Part shown: positions 1 to 13,400 of the stretch, piece by piece | Layout: the number at the start of each line of letters is the position of its first letter | How positions within the stretch are numbered: position 1 is the stretch's first letter | DNA from: Takakia lepidozioides | Lineage: Eukaryota > Plantae > Bryophyta | NCBI GenBank assembly: GCA_030704615.1 | Contig: CM060731.1 | Location: 9,610,001 to 9,674,000 of the forward strand | Direction: 5' to 3' | DNA: 64,000 nt | Program-made: the position numbers and the translations under genes | Notes under the pieces: generated by a model | Seen by the model: the letters and a program-made list of their open reading frames with translations, nothing else | The model's database searches: none | Told to the model about the DNA's origin: nothing

Positions 1-168
1 GTGTATTGGCACTGCAGATGTTGCGTAAAACTAGTTTGATGTCAGTGTATGGACCGTCCTCCCCACCGTCATTGTCTCCATTAGTTAGTACAGTCATCCC
101 TCACACTGAGATTTAAGATACCATTAAATTTCCAGTTATCTGTGAGTTGGAAGGCAAGAAATTAGAAC

Positions 169-1055
169 CTGTTTCACAAACTTGTGTAATTTGTAATGCT
201 TAGCCAAGAAAGAGAGGAGCTTGTTGGATGGCCTGTCATAGCTGCACACATGATACAACCTTGATTAACACTAGTTGGTTGCCTCGTTCGTTTTCCTGAT
301 AGTTGCTCAGGCGTGATCCGAAGATGCGCAGTTTACATGACTTCCTAAATCACCTACAGGACAAACTTCTCCCAGGTGTCCTGCTGATTTCTTCCAGTGC
401 AGTGATCCTCTTTGTAGCACAATAGAAAAGACACTCTCTTGAGTGCGAGTAAACTAGTAAGTGAGAACTTGATGGCAGAAAGGTACCCAAGTTGGCATGC
501 ACGTTTCTTCTGATGCTTCAGCATGGCTTCAAAAAGCTGGTGCCCAAGCGCCACTCTGCCCATTTGCAAGCACCACACTCGAGTGAGGGCCCTGCATGCT
601 GTGGAGATAGAGCAATTCCAGATTTAGCGTTTTACAATGTATGCAAATAGTTCTGTACACAGGATAGTCCGAATCGTATCACTTGGCGATTCTTACACAT
701 GCAACGAAATGCACACACGAACCAGGAACATGGGGATTGATTACCTCCGACATAAGTCGTGCACATAGAAGTCCAGTACACACAAAGGAGAAATCTCCAC
801 CAGGTGACCGGTTTCTTGCCGGATTAAAAGATGTTTTTGGCCGACTTTCAGAAGTCCCTTTGCGAGAATGAAATCAGGCTTTCTTCTGATTTCACACGTA
901 GACAGATAAATGGTATGAGGACCAACTAGGATCCGGTCGAAGTTTGTAATTGGAGAGCGCAAGCGCTGTGACAAAGCCGACATCTCTCCCAGTTTGTCTA
1001 TAATGAGTCGTAGCTCCTCCGCCTCTCTCTCGTTCAACGATGCTGCCCAATCCAC
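169..1055 (-). CDS. ATAT1: Alpha-tubulin N-acetyltransferase (MEC-17/ATAT1), three exons visible: 1055-745, 555-487, 241-169; 5' and 3' ends unresolved
   Basis: Spliced with GT-AG introns it reads ...IIDKLGEMSALSQRLRSPIT...KGLLKVGQKHL...PLCVLDFYVHDLCRR/VALGHQLFEAML...QLG/YDRPSNKLLSFLAKHY, matching the ATAT1 motifs LDFYVH, GxxLFxxML and YDRPSxKL. There is an apparent 1-nt frameshift near 1056. Confidence 0.88.
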
Positions 1056-3861
1056 CGAATTCCATCAGCATTAACAATCTCACTACAATCTATCTTCGCG
1101 ACCTCAGATTCATTGCAATGAGCTTGTTCCACTACAGCTTTCAGTGGTGTCACTTGATCTATAATGCCCACCAATCACCACCACCTGAATACCTTGACAA
1201 CACTCAACATGGCACTTTCACCACCACACCTTACCGATGCAATTTTCCGGTACGCATGCTTCCGAAAGAACTTCTGCGGTATGAACAAAAGAAAGATAGC
1301 AATGGCCCAAGGGACAGAGGACAGAAACAGAGAGAGGTAATCATGACCTACACAATTGGAGAGTACTCCAAGTCGAGATTTGGTTTGCTTTTTTGCGGGT
1401 TCTGAGGGAGGGATTGGCACAGCACATCTCCATCACGACGCTCTTTCACACATCCCCTGCGTGCAACCTGACAGTCGAAGAAATGTGTTGTCCAGTGAGT
1501 ACTGCACTGAATTCTAGCAATGATCCCTTTTGTACCGAACCTGTTCTCCCTCCTGGGCCATGCCGTACTGTTAAGGGAGGGAGGGCAAACGGTCGCCAAT
1601 GGCAGTGCTGCATTCAAGCTGCTGCAGGCGACCCTTCAGACGACCCTTCAACAGCACGCTTGCATGAACAATCCCAAACTGCTCCGCCTCACACCTGCAC
1701 AGTCGCCTTCCTTTGCACATATAACTAACTGACAGTAACTGCACTTTCAGCCTATCTGACCGTTGGGGAAGGCTCGAAAAGCGTAATCTGAGAGTGGTGG
1801 TGACATCAGCTTTTCGCTCAATATAGGAGGCGCTATTTTAAGACTAAAGAGAACCATCAAAGGATTCAGATCACGAACTAGAAAGGCAAAAGTTATGAAA
1901 GGAGCTTGTCTAGTCGAGGGAGAAAAGCATGGAAAGAGCGTATGAAAGGAGGTCGGGGCCAGATCTCAAACCAAGCACGCACAGTCAAACAAACAATCAG
2001 CTGTCTATTGTTGGGTGACAACTTCAACAAGTCAGGCGCCTACTGGCAACTGATTTTCTCCAAAAGCTGGTAACACGATAGCATTCAACAAGAAGTATGG
2101 GAAACAAGAACAACAAGTTTGAAGAACCTGCAAAGTCAGATGTGATGGCCACGAAACCCCGAGAATCCGAAAGGAAGGACCTCAGCGCTCTTGAAACACA
2201 ACAACAAGAGATGACGAAGGAGATACTAGAATATAGTGAGGAAGAGGAATTGCCCGTTTCATTTCTTCGTTCTTGACAATGACCATCCTTCTCTCCACTT
2301 TGGCATTGCCAGTACATTCTCACAGGGCTGCCAGATGATATCATATATCCATCCTTCAATTTCATTGAATTTGCACGTTGAGCAAAGACTTCAATTACAA
2401 AGAGCGGTGCATGCAAATTGTAATTAAAGTATAAGACAGATCAATAATATTGTTGACCCACGGGGGCCACCCTCCAAAGGGGGAGTAGCCACAAGGCGAA
2501 GTGGCTCTTTAGTTACACCGGCTTTGGGCGGAGTCTTCATTTTCTGCTGTTGAACTATCCAACATTTGATATCTTCAAATTAAAATTAAGAATGGACAGC
2601 AAGCGTAAACGATATCTTCATATTTAGCATGAGGTCAATGTAGACTAAAATGGACAAATGGAAGACAATAAGCCATAGTTAGGTTAGAAAATTATATTGA
2701 ATTTGATTACCTACGTAGGTGGCAACAAGATAAAAATGAAAATAATGCTAAGGCCCCGGGCCGCACTGCACTGCTAACGTATATTAGGCTAGTGCTAACT
2801 ATTGCTAACTAGAAAATTTCGGCCCACTACCTTGCTTTAAATATTTTAGCTCTAACTAACTGCTATCTACTTTTAAATAATCATTCATAGTTTATGACAA
2901 CTTTAGCGGTACCCCCTAGTGCTAAATCTAAACTGACGCGCCATTTTCGGGCAGCGGCCTACGCACTTTCGCCCTTTCGCCATCTCCTTCTCCTTCGCGC
3001 TTTGCTCTCTCTTTTGCTTTGTAGTTCCTCTTGCTCGTTCTCTGTTGTTTGCTCTTGTTGTGCTCATGTACTCCTACATCATGTCCACGAAACACTATTT
3101 TAATTAATTCTGGACTTTTGGCTTGAATTTGGACCAAATTTAATATATATTTGAGTGAGAGAGAAGGTGAGAGAGAGAGACGTTCAACGGTTAGCTCCCC
3201 TTCCACCTCCATAGCTACATGCTCTCAAACTTTGAAGCTGTCAAGAGACGGCCGCTTCACAGCAATACCCCCATAATCACACTTCATGTCGTTCGGTGAC
3301 CCTACAAGCACTCTGCCGCTTAAATCGAACAACCAACCCCGTACTTCCCTTTTCACGGTATCCTTCACCGAACCTCTCAGTGCCGCCCCCCCAATCCTTG
3401 AACTCCCAACCTCGTAACCTCCTGACCTCCGCCCACATCTGAAACCATCATCACCTTTACCTGGAGACAACGAAATCTAGTTTCCCGTAACTCTAATACC
3501 AATCAACCTCCCATGCACGACGAAGGCATCCCTACATCCCTCCCCGACCACTTCTGCAATCATAATCTCATGGTTTCATGATTCTGTATCTCATTAACTC
3601 CAGCCGCCAAGCTCTGTACCCCAGGGCGTCTCCATTCATTCCACCAGCTGCTCCCACGCACCTGAACTCTTCGACAGCTGAGTTCTTTTCCTCTCCTGCT
3701 ATCGTGCCTCGCTTGCTCTCACCTCCCACTTTCCCACTCTTGCATCATTTCCAGCTTACTCATCCTACTTTCGCGTCAGCTAGTTAGGAGAATCCCTCTC
3801 TCTTAGCCCTTTCTCGCTCCTCTGTTTCTATCTTCAGTGTTCAATTCATCCCTCCTACCTC

Positions 3862-6582
3862 ATGGGCCCCTCCGGCTTCAAGCCCCAGAGGGGCAACTCC
3901 TCCAATAGAACCCACCACCCTCTCTCCAGGATCCCAACGATTGTCCGTCCCCAACCATCGTTTGGCACGGGGTTCTTCCTGGCACACCAATCGCTCACGC
4001 GCACCCAGTCCTCGGCTTTCCACTCTCTCCAGGTAGCAGCTGTTCAACAAATTCTACACTCCACGAGCAACGACGATGCCCAGCCCTCGGACAATTCTCT
4101 TACGGGGACACAGGAAAGCCCTCGGTCGGATAATATTGATGACATCTCCAAGATACAACTCACAATGAGTAAGAACACATCTACAGTCAAGCTAGATGTG
4201 TCTCACCTCAGGGGAATGATGTCAGACAATCAAGGTCGCGGGGTGCTCTTGCATTTCCCAGGTAGGAAGGTACCCAGGGGCAACGTCAGATACTGGTCGA
4301 TTGCACACCTTGGGGGCACTGGGGATCTCACTCAGCATTTCTGTCAATCCAGGGGGGAAGGTTTCTTCTCTATAGTACTTCATTCACAAGAGGCTGCTGA
4401 GAAGGCACTTTCCTTCAATCCTCACCTTCAAGGCTTCAATGTCAATATTTTCCCTTGGTCGCTTGCGTTGGGGAATAGAAATGGCAAAGTATGGGCCCCT
4501 AGAATTATTGCGTTACCATACATCCCAGATCAGTACCTGTTTTTTCTCCCCGACATTGGCAATCACATTGGGGTTTACTTAGGCTGCATGTCAGTCTTTG
4601 ACCCCCAAATGTGCACAAAGAAGCTCAAGGAAAATCCGGCTTTGAAACACACCACAATCGTTTCCAAAATAAATGATTTTGGCTTTCCCAAAATTGTGGT
4701 GGCAATGCTGGTGGAAGACAGCCTCCCAGAATTTATTAGATTGCCAATTGATTAGGAAGGAAATTTCTTCTCAGTCAAGGTTACAGAGGATACTTCAGCG
4801 ACTGCATGCTACATCTGTGGACAGACTGGACACGGGAGGATAGACTGTCCTAAATCCAAAAGGAAGAGAGCAGCTTTTTCTGTGGGGGCCCCAAACGCTC
4901 TAACAGGTTCGGCCCAGGATCACCATGCTCTCAACCTCACAGGTCACACTCAGTCTTTCTCCCCTATGCCCGCCGCCAGCAATCAGCCCTTGCAGATGCC
5001 TCCACCTTACTGGGACTCTTCTCTTCAACGCTCCATTTAGGCTCCATTTCCCCGGTGCACAAAAAGAGAAAAGACTACATGGATCCAATGCTTCTGGAGG
5101 CGGGCCCATCAGCCAAATCCTCTCAGAACCAGACGACTTCATCAATCCCCCAACGGGCGCTCCCACAGCCACCCTTCGAAGCAGGCCCCTCCAGCATACG
5201 CCAGCCTCCCCACCCCAGCTCGCTTCAAGGATTCAGCTCCCGCCGCCGCAGGGTGCATCTACCCCACCCAGAGTCACAGTCGCCCTTAACCCAAACATTG
5301 CCAAATTATGCTCCCACATTCAAACCTTTCCCCGGCTGACTCTGAGGGATTATTCACAAGCGTTACCATTGGAGGATCCCAAAGCCACCTGCATCACCCC
5401 GATCATATTCAAAAGGATGCCATCCCCTGCACTATTGGCTACATCTTCTCAAGGAGTAGGTATGGAGTCACTCTGGCTTACCACGACTGATACCCACAAC
5501 ATCATGCAACTCACCCGGATGGTGGTTCTCCCATAAACATGCTTACCTACAAGATTCAAATCTTTTTGGGATCCTTCTCTGCAAGATACACACTCCAGCC
5601 CACCACCTCTATCACATGGGGATCATACATAGAGCAATATCTGGGTCTTAGCCCGGCACTCACCCCTTCCACACAGATTTTGGCACTCATAGACGAGACT
5701 AATCTGCTCCAAGGGAAAATGTCTGGTCAGGGACTTTGGATTAAAGAGCCTCCATACCAGCAGGCGCCAACCACCAGCAAGGCTATACTCAGATCAAGGG
5801 AATTCATCAATGCGGCATTCACTCTTCTCTACGCTAGACTGGAGACGGAAGGGAGGGAAGCAAACGATCAGATGGAACTCCAACGCGCATTGGAGCCCCC
5901 TCGACCCACATACAACCCCCGCAGCAACTCTTCGTTGTCTACTTCCTCGGAATCGAATCTCAATTCCCCACCAGAAGCAACAAGTGAGATGCAACTCCCA
6001 CCACAGGGACAACCACCTCAGTTCAAGGACTTCCTCCGGCACCCCAATCCACTTCTGCCCTCACTGACACCGATCCAAATCCAGGTTCTTGACCATCATG
6101 TAAGTCTCTACCAAAATCCTCTTCCTTTCATCATTCTCTATTCTTCACCCAGACGCCCCAGCTCATGTAGAATTCTATGCGTTAAATCCAGTCATTTCTC
6201 TAGAAGGAAAATTATCCCCTCTATAGCTAATTCCAAGGATGTTGGAGTGTTCTCAATGGACCTTGGCTCCGGCCCCTTCCCATCATACACCCCTTTGCCC
6301 CTGAAGCTTATCCTCCTCACATAATTCTTCATGGAACTTTCAGCTAGACCGAAGCTTATATATACCTCCCTGATCCCTTCATCCAAAATCCACCCGCTCC
6401 CTTACCAAGGCATGCCCCCACTCCTACCCTCCACCCTTGTAATGACAATCCACCTCTGTCACCCGGTCTCAAAAGCCCCATTGGGCCACAAGTGGGTCAC
6501 CTCCCCCTTGCCCACAAACAACAGAACAAATTCAGTTTCCACCAAGACAGGCCATCATTTGAGAATTCCCCTCTCAGCCTGA
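3862..6582 (+). pseudogene. LINE ORF1 (DUF4283-like region, CCHC knuckle, long Pro/Ser-rich tail), interrupted; may start near 3286
   Basis: FFSIVLHSQEAAEKALSFNP...IFPWS...LPDIGNHIGVYLG; CYICGQTGHGRIDC at about 4807-4848; continues through ORFs 5055, 5539 and 6331. Confidence 0.7.
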
Positions 6583-6591
6583 ATACTCCCT

Positions 6592-9107
6592 ATGATGCAG
6601 ATTAACCTCTCCACTTGGAACATCAGAGGGATTGGATCGGAGCAAATGAATCTTAAGAGAAGTACACATTATTCAATCAATTTTTAGTTGACACTTGTAG
6701 ACAAACTTGAACAATTGGAAGAGCAAATTTTTCTCCAGTGTCCTTCTCATTGTTACAGGCCTAGTGATGTATCTGAAGATTCAGTGCCTTGTAGACTATT
6801 AATGTTGTTGTCCAGATTAACTCGATAACATTGTAACTGGAAATGCACACATGTGATATATGGATTCAGAAGAGATTCTTGATTCACAAATATTAATGAG
6901 CACATGTGGGCAGTAGCCCTTGTTCTTTCTTGAGGGAGGAACAAGTAATTTGGAGATGCGTTGTGTCCTCTACCTTGACCAGTGTAGTTTTTCTTGTGAA
7001 CGGAAGTGTACTTAAGGATGAAGTAGAGACAATCCAAGAGGCTAGTCTTCCTTCAACCTGGCTCCGAACCTGGCTGGCCCCTTTGATGCAAACAGAGGCA
7101 ATGGTGTTTCTCCAAGAACACAAACTCGATAATAGAAAAATCGCCAACTTGTCGGATCAGCTCTGGCCCTCAGACGTTGCTTTCTGGAAACCCTCATACG
7201 AAGGTTCGAAGGGGGGCACGGCAATACTTCTCTCTCCATCTCTCAAACCCTTCCTTTTAGCTGAAGAATCGTGGATGCCAGGCAGGATCCAATTCTACTC
7301 TATCTTGGGTGATGGCAAGGGATTTCAATATGGTTGAGAACGAAACTTGCACAATAGGATCAGGTTCCAGCCAGCTCACTCAAGAAGAACAAGGCCATTG
7401 GGAGGAACTGCTTCAAACACATAGTTTCACTGAGATCGATCATCCACCAGCCCACCCTGGGAGGCTTCACCATGCCTTCACGTGGACGAACAACCGCTCC
7501 CTCCAAGACATCTGCATGGCTAGGCTAGATCGCATTTATGTCACCCTGGATATCTCGAATGGGACCTCCATTAATCCCCAAGAACCAATAGCGCAAGGTT
7601 TTGACCATTCCTATGTTTCTAGCATAGTCTCTATGCCAAACGTAAGAAAGAAAGGTAGGGGCATTTACAGGCTCAACTCCAGTCACTTTAAACTTCAGTC
7701 CTTCAAGCAGGGGCTAAAGAATGCATGGTCTCAAAACAGAAACTGGATTCAATGCCCAATCCAAAGATTTCAAGCTAAGTTGCTGGCAGCTAGCAAAGAA
7801 AGCTAGAATATGAGTAGACAAATTTCGAACGAACAGAAAAGAAAGGTTCAAGCTCTCAAGAAATGTCTAGGAGTCTGCAAAAAAAAGATTGAAACCACCT
7901 CCTGTGATGAGCACACATTCCATACTTACCTTGAAGCACACCAAGAACTTGAATCCTATCAGATCCTTCAAGAACAGAAAATGCAAATGCAGGCGGGAAT
8001 AAATTGGTCGGCCAAAGGCGAGAAAATGTCCAAGTATTTCTTTGAGAAAATCAAACTACGCAGATCTCTTCAAAGGATACATGAACTTTACTCGTCCGGA
8101 GACAACCAGGGTCACTCCACCTCTCATCCTAGGACTATGTGCAGTCTTGCATTCTCCCACTTTCAGAAACTCTTCCAAGAAGACACCAAAGACCCCTTGC
8201 ACCATTCCAAATTGTAGGCATGCTTGCAAGTAGTGCCCCACAAACTTTGACTAGAAGAATTCCATTATCTAGGGGAGGACTTCACGGGTATGGAGCTTCA
8301 AGATGCACTGAACAAGATGAATAATAGCAAAGCACCTGGCATCGATGGCATGCCAGTGGAGTTCTACAAAGCCCTTTGGTCACACATTGCGGTTGACTTC
8401 GCTGCTATGGCTAATGCAATTAAAGCCCAGGGCCAAATGCCTCCTTCAATGTCCTAGGGAGTCATTTCACTCTTGTTCAAAAAGGGCGACAGAGCTAGCA
8501 TCAACAACTACAGGCCAATCACACTCCTCAATGTAGCATACAAGATAATTGCCAAAGCTCTAGCTCTTCGAATCCAGCCCCTTCTCCCTCAGCTTATCAG
8601 GACAGGACAGGCTGGTTTTATTAAAGGAAGGTACATTCTTGACAATATACTTTTGGCTCAAGAAGCCTTCTCATATGCTTCCAGAAACAGCCAGGCCTGG
8701 CCCTATGGTTGCTGGACTTTGAGAAAGCCTTCGACAAGGTAGATTGGACCTTCCTGCTGGCGGTTCTTCGAACAGGCATCCCAGAAAACTTTTGTCAATG
8801 GGTTCAAATCCTTCTCTACCAATCCACTAGCAGAGTCATGGTCAATGGCCATCTCTTCACTCCTTTTTCTCTCCACAGGTCAATTAGACAAGGATGCCCG
8901 TTGTCTCCCTTACTTTTCTTGTTTGTGGCTGACACCCTAGGTTACCTGCTGGACTCTGAAGCTTCGGTGCACGGCCTCAGAATAAAAAAACCCTAGGACT
9001 GGACTCCAAATCCAAGTAAAAGATTTTTGTTGACGATACATTCTTACTACTTGATGCCACCCCCAACACCTTACAGGCAGCCCATGATACTTTAACCTAG
9101 TTCTGAG
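6592..9107 (+). pseudogene. LINE ORF2 (APE endonuclease + reverse transcriptase), interrupted
   Basis: MMQINLSTWNIRG, VFLQEHK, DFNMV, FTW..RLDRIY, KAPGIDG, NYRPITLLNVAYKIIAKAL, LDFEKAFDKVDW, RQGCPLSPLLF and FVDD (about 9027). Confidence 0.92.
6646..7050. other. ~0.4-kb AT-rich insertion inside the LINE endonuclease; boundaries approximate
   Basis: Separates the TWNIRG motif from the ..VFLQE motif, which are normally ~25-30 aa apart; composition differs from the LINE. Confidence 0.6.
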
Positions 9108-9640
9108 CACTACAACAGATCGCGATATATCTGACTGTATATATGACTATCCCGTAGTCATAAACGGTACATATGACTTCTATGACTTTAAGTCGTGCAA
9201 ACCAAGTCAATACAATGAGTACAGTATGGTCGGTCATGAATGACTGCAGTCAGATGAACCAAGTGATACATCTCACTGTCATGTGGCAGTCATACGTACT
9301 TCTACCATACATGACTTAGTGTGCTGCTGCAAACTATACACATGTCTCTTTCTAATAAGTCCAGGAGGCTTTGTGGATGTGCGCCATATGGCGTCTCCCG
9401 AAACTGCCACGTGGCATATCCATGAGGAGGATCTGCAGTCATTATCCTGACTACAACCATGCTAATATATGGATACGTGGCATATAATGAGGAGGTCTTG
9501 CAGTCATTGTCATGACTACAAACATCCTGATATGTGGACACGTGGCATGTATTGAGGAGGTCTTGCAGTCATGATCCTGACTATGACATGCTGATATATG
9601 GACACGTGGTGTCATATGAGGAGTTGTTTTGAACTTTTAA
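9108..9640 (+). mobile_element. CACTA (En/Spm) terminus with subterminal repeats; partner end not found
   Basis: Begins CACTACAACAGAT, identical to the first 13 nt of the TIR at 36871. Followed by dense ATGACT/AGTCAT motifs; interrupts the LINE RT. Confidence 0.8.
9407..9622 (+). repeat. ~65-bp tandem repeat (3+ units) containing CACGTGGC
   Basis: Repeated unit CACGTGGCAT..TGAGGAGGTCTTGCAGTCAT..TGACTA...ATATGGA. Confidence 0.85.
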
Positions 9641-9641
9641 A

Positions 9642-10439
9642 TGTATTGGACAGGCAGAGCCACGACTATGCTTATCTCATTAGGGTTAGTAGAGATTAGG
9701 GTTAGTATTATTCAATACTAAACAAAGAGAAGAACAAAGGGAAGAACAAAGACACAAAAAAATGACTTTGCAAATGAATGCTTTATTCACAGGCAATAAT
9801 CACAGGAAATAACAAAGTTAGCAAGTGCAAAGGACAAAACATAGGCACTTAAAGACAGCAGTAGATGTAAGAGCTTCTCTTAAACTGCTGCCAGTCAAAT
9901 TTACAATATAGCACCTGAGTCCCAAAATCTGCTCCTCAAACAATAGTATGACAAAGTGCAAATAACACTACATGTGCACTGAAGATAGCAACAGATGTAA
10001 AATGCGTATGCCGTTCTACGTTTGCTACTGTTCCAGCATAACAACAAATCTCGTTCCCTGTCAATGATAACTGTTCCACATGTATTGTGACAGGCTGTGT
10101 CAAGCTGTGCCGAGCTGTGACTGGCTGTGTAAAGCTGTGTCGGGCTGTGACTGGCTGTGTCGGGCTGTGTCGGGCTGTGACTGGCTGGGTCGGGCTGTGC
10201 GAAGCTGTGGCGGGCTATGACTGGCTGTGACTGGCTGTGTAAAGCTGTGTCGGGCTGTGTCGGACTGTGCGAAGCTGTGGTGGCTGTGATTGGCTGTGTA
10301 AAGCTGTGTCGGGCTGTATAACCCCCCTAAAGCCTGCTGCTGCCACCCCTAAGGCTCCTGTTGGTCTCAGTCTGCGCAAAAATTAAGGGTACCCCACAGA
10401 ACCCGTAAAAGCGTTTAAGTCCCAAGCAGCCCTCTAACA
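9642..10439 (-). repeat. 3' LTR of element A; distal end tentative
   Basis: Starts TGTTAGAGGG at 10439 directly after the PPT GAGAGAGGGAGGGG (about 10444-10457). The same PPT/LTR start recurs at 24419. AATAAAG near 9785; possible ..ACA end at 9642. Confidence 0.65.
10086..10318 (+). repeat. 10-bp-period array (N3GGCTGTG)n in the LTR
   Basis: Units such as CGGGCTGTGA, CTGGCTGTGT and AAAGCTGTGT; about 22 units. Confidence 0.95.
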
Positions 10440-10478
10440 TTTACCCCTCCCTCTCTCAAAAATCCGTGTCCTCACGGT

Positions 10479-13400
10479 TTACTGTTTGGGATTAGCAAAC
10501 CTTTGTGAGCGAGCACCCTTTTGACGATGAGAGTCTCGTGAAGGACTCCGTGTGCGAGCCCGAGTCCTGTCACTGGTTGACGGAGATGATTAAGCACTAC
10601 CTGGAAATGTCTGACCCTCCTTTGGCTGATAACGAGGTAACCTCTCAGGCATAGGAGATCCCCGTCGTTTCTTCTCTGCCATCTGAAATGCATAGTCCTC
10701 TGCCATGTCAAAAGAGTCCGCTGAAGAAACAGTAGTATCAGAATCCTCGTCTCCCCTTAGGTGTTTTAACGGCCGAACTTTAAGTGGAATTCTGTGTGGC
10801 ATACAATGTGGTCCGACCATATCTGGAAGTTTAAATTGTACAACTTGTTGTAAGCGCTGGCAAGCAAAATTAGTGAACGTCCTCAACTCCTTATCTGTAT
10901 AGGTAAGAGGTGTGCCAATGACTTTGGAACAGTGTAAGTATTTCCATGCCTCATGTCCCTTAAAGAAAATATCCTCAAGGCCGAATTTATGTGTTGTCAA
11001 ATTGTTCCAAGCCGAATGAAACCATGAACGAAGTTGGGAATCCTTCTGCATCATAACTTTTGCATCATATAAGTACATATAAGGTGGCACTGAAGGTAAG
11101 ATCCAATGATCCCCACTGGAATAACTCAGAAATTGGGATTGCATCCTCTGCTGCTCAATGTGATAACGTGCCAGAAAACAAGCAGCATAGTATAATCCAC
11201 AGCCCATGACAATACTTGATACCTCCTTGGTCTTGGTATAAATGTACCCATGTACAACTTGGAAGGCAATTAATTCCTTCAACATGGTACCTGCTTTAGA
11301 CCAGTACCTCGCAAAGTGATGATCCTCAATGGGTCGATTGTTCGGAAGAACCTTAGTCCTAGTTGCCACTGGCAGCCAAATGCGCATGATCTGGTAGTAA
11401 TGTGCCAACGATTGTGGAGGACTAAATTCCTTCCAAGCCAAATCCAACACAATGGGAATTTGGTTGAAGGGCATAATCATAGCCCGACTGTACTCCCATG
11501 CAGCAGGAGTCTTAGGTGGGTTAAAAGCAGCATCCCCCCATACCTCAGGTTGTGGTGTGGCTGTAGTAACAACAGGGTCAGCTACCTTCACAGTCACTTG
11601 CTGTGGTATTGGTACCACTGGCATCTTCTGCACCCCTTGCGAAGAAGACTGAAAAATTAGAGTCCTGGCATGTAAATAAGTAGCCATCAGCTGCTCCTCA
11701 GGTACAAAGACTCTCTTGTCAATATTTGAACTTAGGTCATCCACCTGAGTTTGCAGGCCTTCTACATCCTCCTGTAGCTCCGCTATCCTACTATAGACAT
11801 TGTCTATAGTAATTGTGGCAATGTTCTGCACCTGCAGTCTGAGCTCATTCATCTCGCCCTGGGTGAGCTTCCGTGGTGCTTTGCCTTCCACCGGCCCTTG
11901 TGCTAATCAGACCTGCATAAGGTGGTTATCCACCAAGTCATGTGTGGCACCCCTGAGAGTCTGCTCCTTCGTGAGTCTGTACACATCTAACTGCTGCTGT
12001 AAAGCCTCCATGCGCTTCGCATGAGGTTCAACCAGACTCGCATAGGCAGCAGCCAGATTATTGGCTTCCTTCCAAGCCTTGTTAGCCACAGAGAGTTCAT
12101 TTCTATTGACCATGACTATTTGTTGCAACTCCAGGATGTACCTCTCCTGGTCAGCCTCAACCTGTCTGTATTGTTTGAAAGTATTCTCATTGCGACAGAT
12201 TGTATTCTTCATATCAACAATGAGTTTCGCTTGCTCTATTATCTCTGCTTCTGTCTTCATACATCTCTCCCCTTGTCTGTTAACTTCTAATGCAGTTTGC
12301 TCAAGAGTAGTTGTGAGTGTAGCACATTGTATGGTCATCTTCTCATGTACTGCCTGCAACTCTGTATGTAGTACATTCACTTCTTGCAACTTGCCCTTAT
12401 GCTTCACCTGCATTTGGTATAACTGTTGCTTATATGCTTCATGCAACTGGTCCTGCGCGAGGCCTGCTTCAATCAAATGTCCCTTGGCCAACTGCAAAGC
12501 AGCCTTTGTGTTCTCTAACTCTTGTTGTAACTTGAGATTGACCTCCTCATCGACCTTTTTAGCACACTCAGTGGCAATTCGAGCCTCAAACTCCTTCCTG
12601 AGTTCCTCCCTCAAAGCTGCCAATTGGGTAGATGGAACATGGGATTTCACATAAGTGCCCAACAAATTAGTATTCTGCTTATGGAACTCATAAGCATGGC
12701 CTGCTGAGGGTCATCATGGTGAACTTGCTGTTGTTCTCCCTGATCCTCCACAGTGTGATGCCTCACCAACCATTCAGGCCATTGCCCCACCAGATTTTCT
12801 TCATGAACCACCTCATCCTCCACAGGTGCTGCAGTGTCTTGATATTCTACCCCTGGTACCTCCATCACAGGTGTGGGTATTACATGCACATCAGGGTTTT
12901 CCCTGGACAACCGCTGCACCTCTGGAACCACTGATTCCCTTACCAAGCCAGAGTTTTCATAGAGAAGGTCACCCTTTTCAATTTCGGCCACGATCTGCTC
13001 TGTAGTGGGAATGTCCAACCTTTCTCCTTCCAGAGCAATTGGGGGTGATGTCACAGCATGTACTAACTGTGGAACCTCTAAAACAACTGAGTCAATTGGT
13101 TGTGGTGACTGTGGTATCGAATTGACTTCCTCTTCCCTCTCCGAAGGCCGTGCTTCCAATAATAACAGCCTTCTGTGCTGCTGAGCCCCATCCTGCATAA
13201 GAGCTTGGGAAACATCATCGTGCGGTTTCCGTGAAGCCAGTGGATCCGCCACTACAGTCATACCCCGCCTTTGTCTCTTAGACTGGTGTTGCCCTGCCAG
13301 TCCACCCTCACTATGTGAAGAGCCATGCTCTTCAATTGCAGTGGTTTCTGCCTCAAACACTCCCATCTCCTTACGTTCCCGAGTATCAAGTATGCAAGAA

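Larger units (their letters stand above)
3230..9107 (+). mobile_element. Degenerate L1-clade LINE, 3'-truncated by a CACTA terminus; 5' boundary approximate
   Basis: ORF1 with zinc knuckle followed by ORF2 with APE endonuclease and RT motifs; many stops and frameshifts. Confidence 0.9.

Noticed and set aside
1393-2427. Short ORFs between ATAT1 and the LINE
   Set aside because: No recognisable motifs; cannot be supported as genes.
10086-10318. 10-bp and ~60-65-bp arrays as CRISPR-like
   Set aside because: Eukaryotic TE context, no unique spacers and no cas genes; these are plain tandem repeats.
12061-12654. 197-aa + strand ORF and the many short ORFs antisense to PPR/pol sequence
   Set aside because: Shadow frames of the true coding strand, with no motifs of their own.
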